Below, piece after piece: positions 63,801 to 64,000 of a stretch of 64,000 nt of DNA (the first letter of the stretch is position 1; every line of letters begins with the position of its first letter). Below the pieces are notes generated by a model. The model was not told where the DNA came from. It searched no databases and saw nothing but the letters and a program-made list of their open reading frames with translations. This DNA comes from Carpediemonas membranifera BICM (Eukaryota; Protista; Fornicata). The position numbers were made by a program, and so were the translations under genes. The DNA is taken from assembly GCA_019828565.1 (NCBI GenBank), contig JAHDYR010000005.1, positions 397,200 through 461,199 on the forward strand, written 5' to 3'.

Positions 63801-64000
63801 TCTCAGTCAGCCGGGGAGGCGAGATCTTCGGCCTGACGAGAGGCGACATCTCTTTCGATGAACAGGGCAACGCTATGCTCTGGTTCCCCCGCACCAAGAC
63901 GGCCACGGGCATCCATAAGCTTATTCCTAACAGGTCATGGGACCGCTTCAACCCGGCAAGAGCCCTCAAGGCCTGGGTCCCAACTGCGACGCGACACAAT
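60819..64000 (+). mobile_element. YR retrotransposon family G (3' end outside the window)
   Basis: ORF1 60944 to about 61497, pol to 63674 (YLDD, SDAS, SDN, QADRLSR, IYLAPP) and YR running off the window end; close relative of family C. Confidence 0.93.
61524..63674 (+). CDS. Pol (RT-RNaseH-MT-like), family G, intact
   Basis: Uninterrupted frame from MNARWW with all RT and RNaseH motifs. Confidence 0.92.
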   Translation: MNARWWLWERLGASDEVVGWLRHGVPIKLTGTPPPPTPQRRLDPRLTPKLDEMVRLGVISPCTSGQLRHSAPLFAVAKGEHDVRPVHDLRDLNAITAETRVFRLFGLKRAVRNLKRNDFMLKIDLASGYHQMGVAPTDSTLLGIVLPNGQAYRYNTLGFGWTAAPFVFQSTSIQLAKILANRFNVTIAVYLDDFLISHRSRRHLADAAPQIVALMRSLGAIPGLNKCILTPTQRLEYLGVTINTAAETLQISKDRADRYATSIEQALRAGRVDATEWQRLLGRLSFFASTTQFARLQLRSLQALHPASTLHISQQMRRQLNSWLALLRDRPSRPFAQARADWEIKDELQLSVASDASSFAWGACLFNGDQGRSAQGRFPPEFRDSHIGVKELYAIGQAIKLTPTQRTRTQLAIFSDNTAAIAWVNRQGSPCLADTAIRLLQDIFTTANTKNVDIHCFHIAGHLNVQADRLSRFAKLDWHSPREVLETIMAKWGPAEIDVTASPDKKLALPGFVRKAWSLDDHGFQRSWTGARIYLAPPTALLGAAHRRLEKIRTPQTPTTSPRTWRSAAILLFPDLNSPEVRALKRLSQHKMYLRVHSSHMLNTELSWTERQGKIRMIAMIVKTRSTNSSATTGYLTSETSHRAAQRLAGSLSSSYRDRQPSPTPNNSEHSSSLRARPLARRVSTERATGSVKRLHSSPTGDLRQKPGRSSRVRRT

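Larger units (their letters stand above)
24690..64000. mobile_element. Tandem array of tyrosine-recombinase retrotransposons (DIRS order, PAT-like); continues past the window end
   Basis: Repeated ORF1 / RT (YLDD) / RNaseH (DAS...E...DN/DS...ADxLSR) / MT / YR (R..K..HxxR..W..Y) units. Minus strand to 55427, plus strand from 57585. Confidence 0.93.

Noticed and set aside
60944-64000. Natural in-frame ORF1-YR fusion in family G
   Set aside because: One more G in the run at 61468-61473 gives MGGFHKKKRT*, matching family C KGGFHKKHKK*. A homopolymer error is more likely.

Overview
Gene-dense eukaryotic DNA, probably from a protist. It is GC-rich, with very short intergenic spaces and several 28-30 nt GT-AG introns that I can splice by eye to restore conserved proteins; a metamonad such as Carpediemonas is only a guess. 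Bases 1-24.3 kb hold housekeeping genes (Sir2, Snapin, Med18-like, DUF4485, Ac45/Voa1-like, CCA-adding enzyme, Myb, OCRL/INPP5B, RING E3, Ub-S27a, UBX, FERM-LRR), a pogo remnant and a two-ORF DD34E Tc1/IS630 element. From 24.7 kb to the end, the window is an almost continuous head-to-tail array of tyrosine-recombinase (YR) retrotransposons. These are DIRS-order, PAT-like elements with a gag-like ORF1, RT-RNaseH-Dam-like MT, an overlapping YR ORF and split direct repeats. There are at least 7 divergent families (my labels A-G, plus an orphan ORF1 'X') in about 11 copies. The array contains one tRNA-Asn gene and the 3' end of a chromodomain-bearing Ty3/Gypsy element, at which its orientation flips. 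The best candidate for an undescribed system is the array itself. Different families are joined at a shared 9-bp core (ATGAGTTAG), often next to GCTAG-N5/6-CTAGC arms, and the terminal A-spacer-B module occurs in 0, 1 or 2 copies, suggesting a site-specific, integron-like, possibly centromeric stack. A conserved TTT-C motif at the end of every ORF1 is a candidate ribosomal frameshift site. All calls come from motif recognition by eye; no database searches were run.
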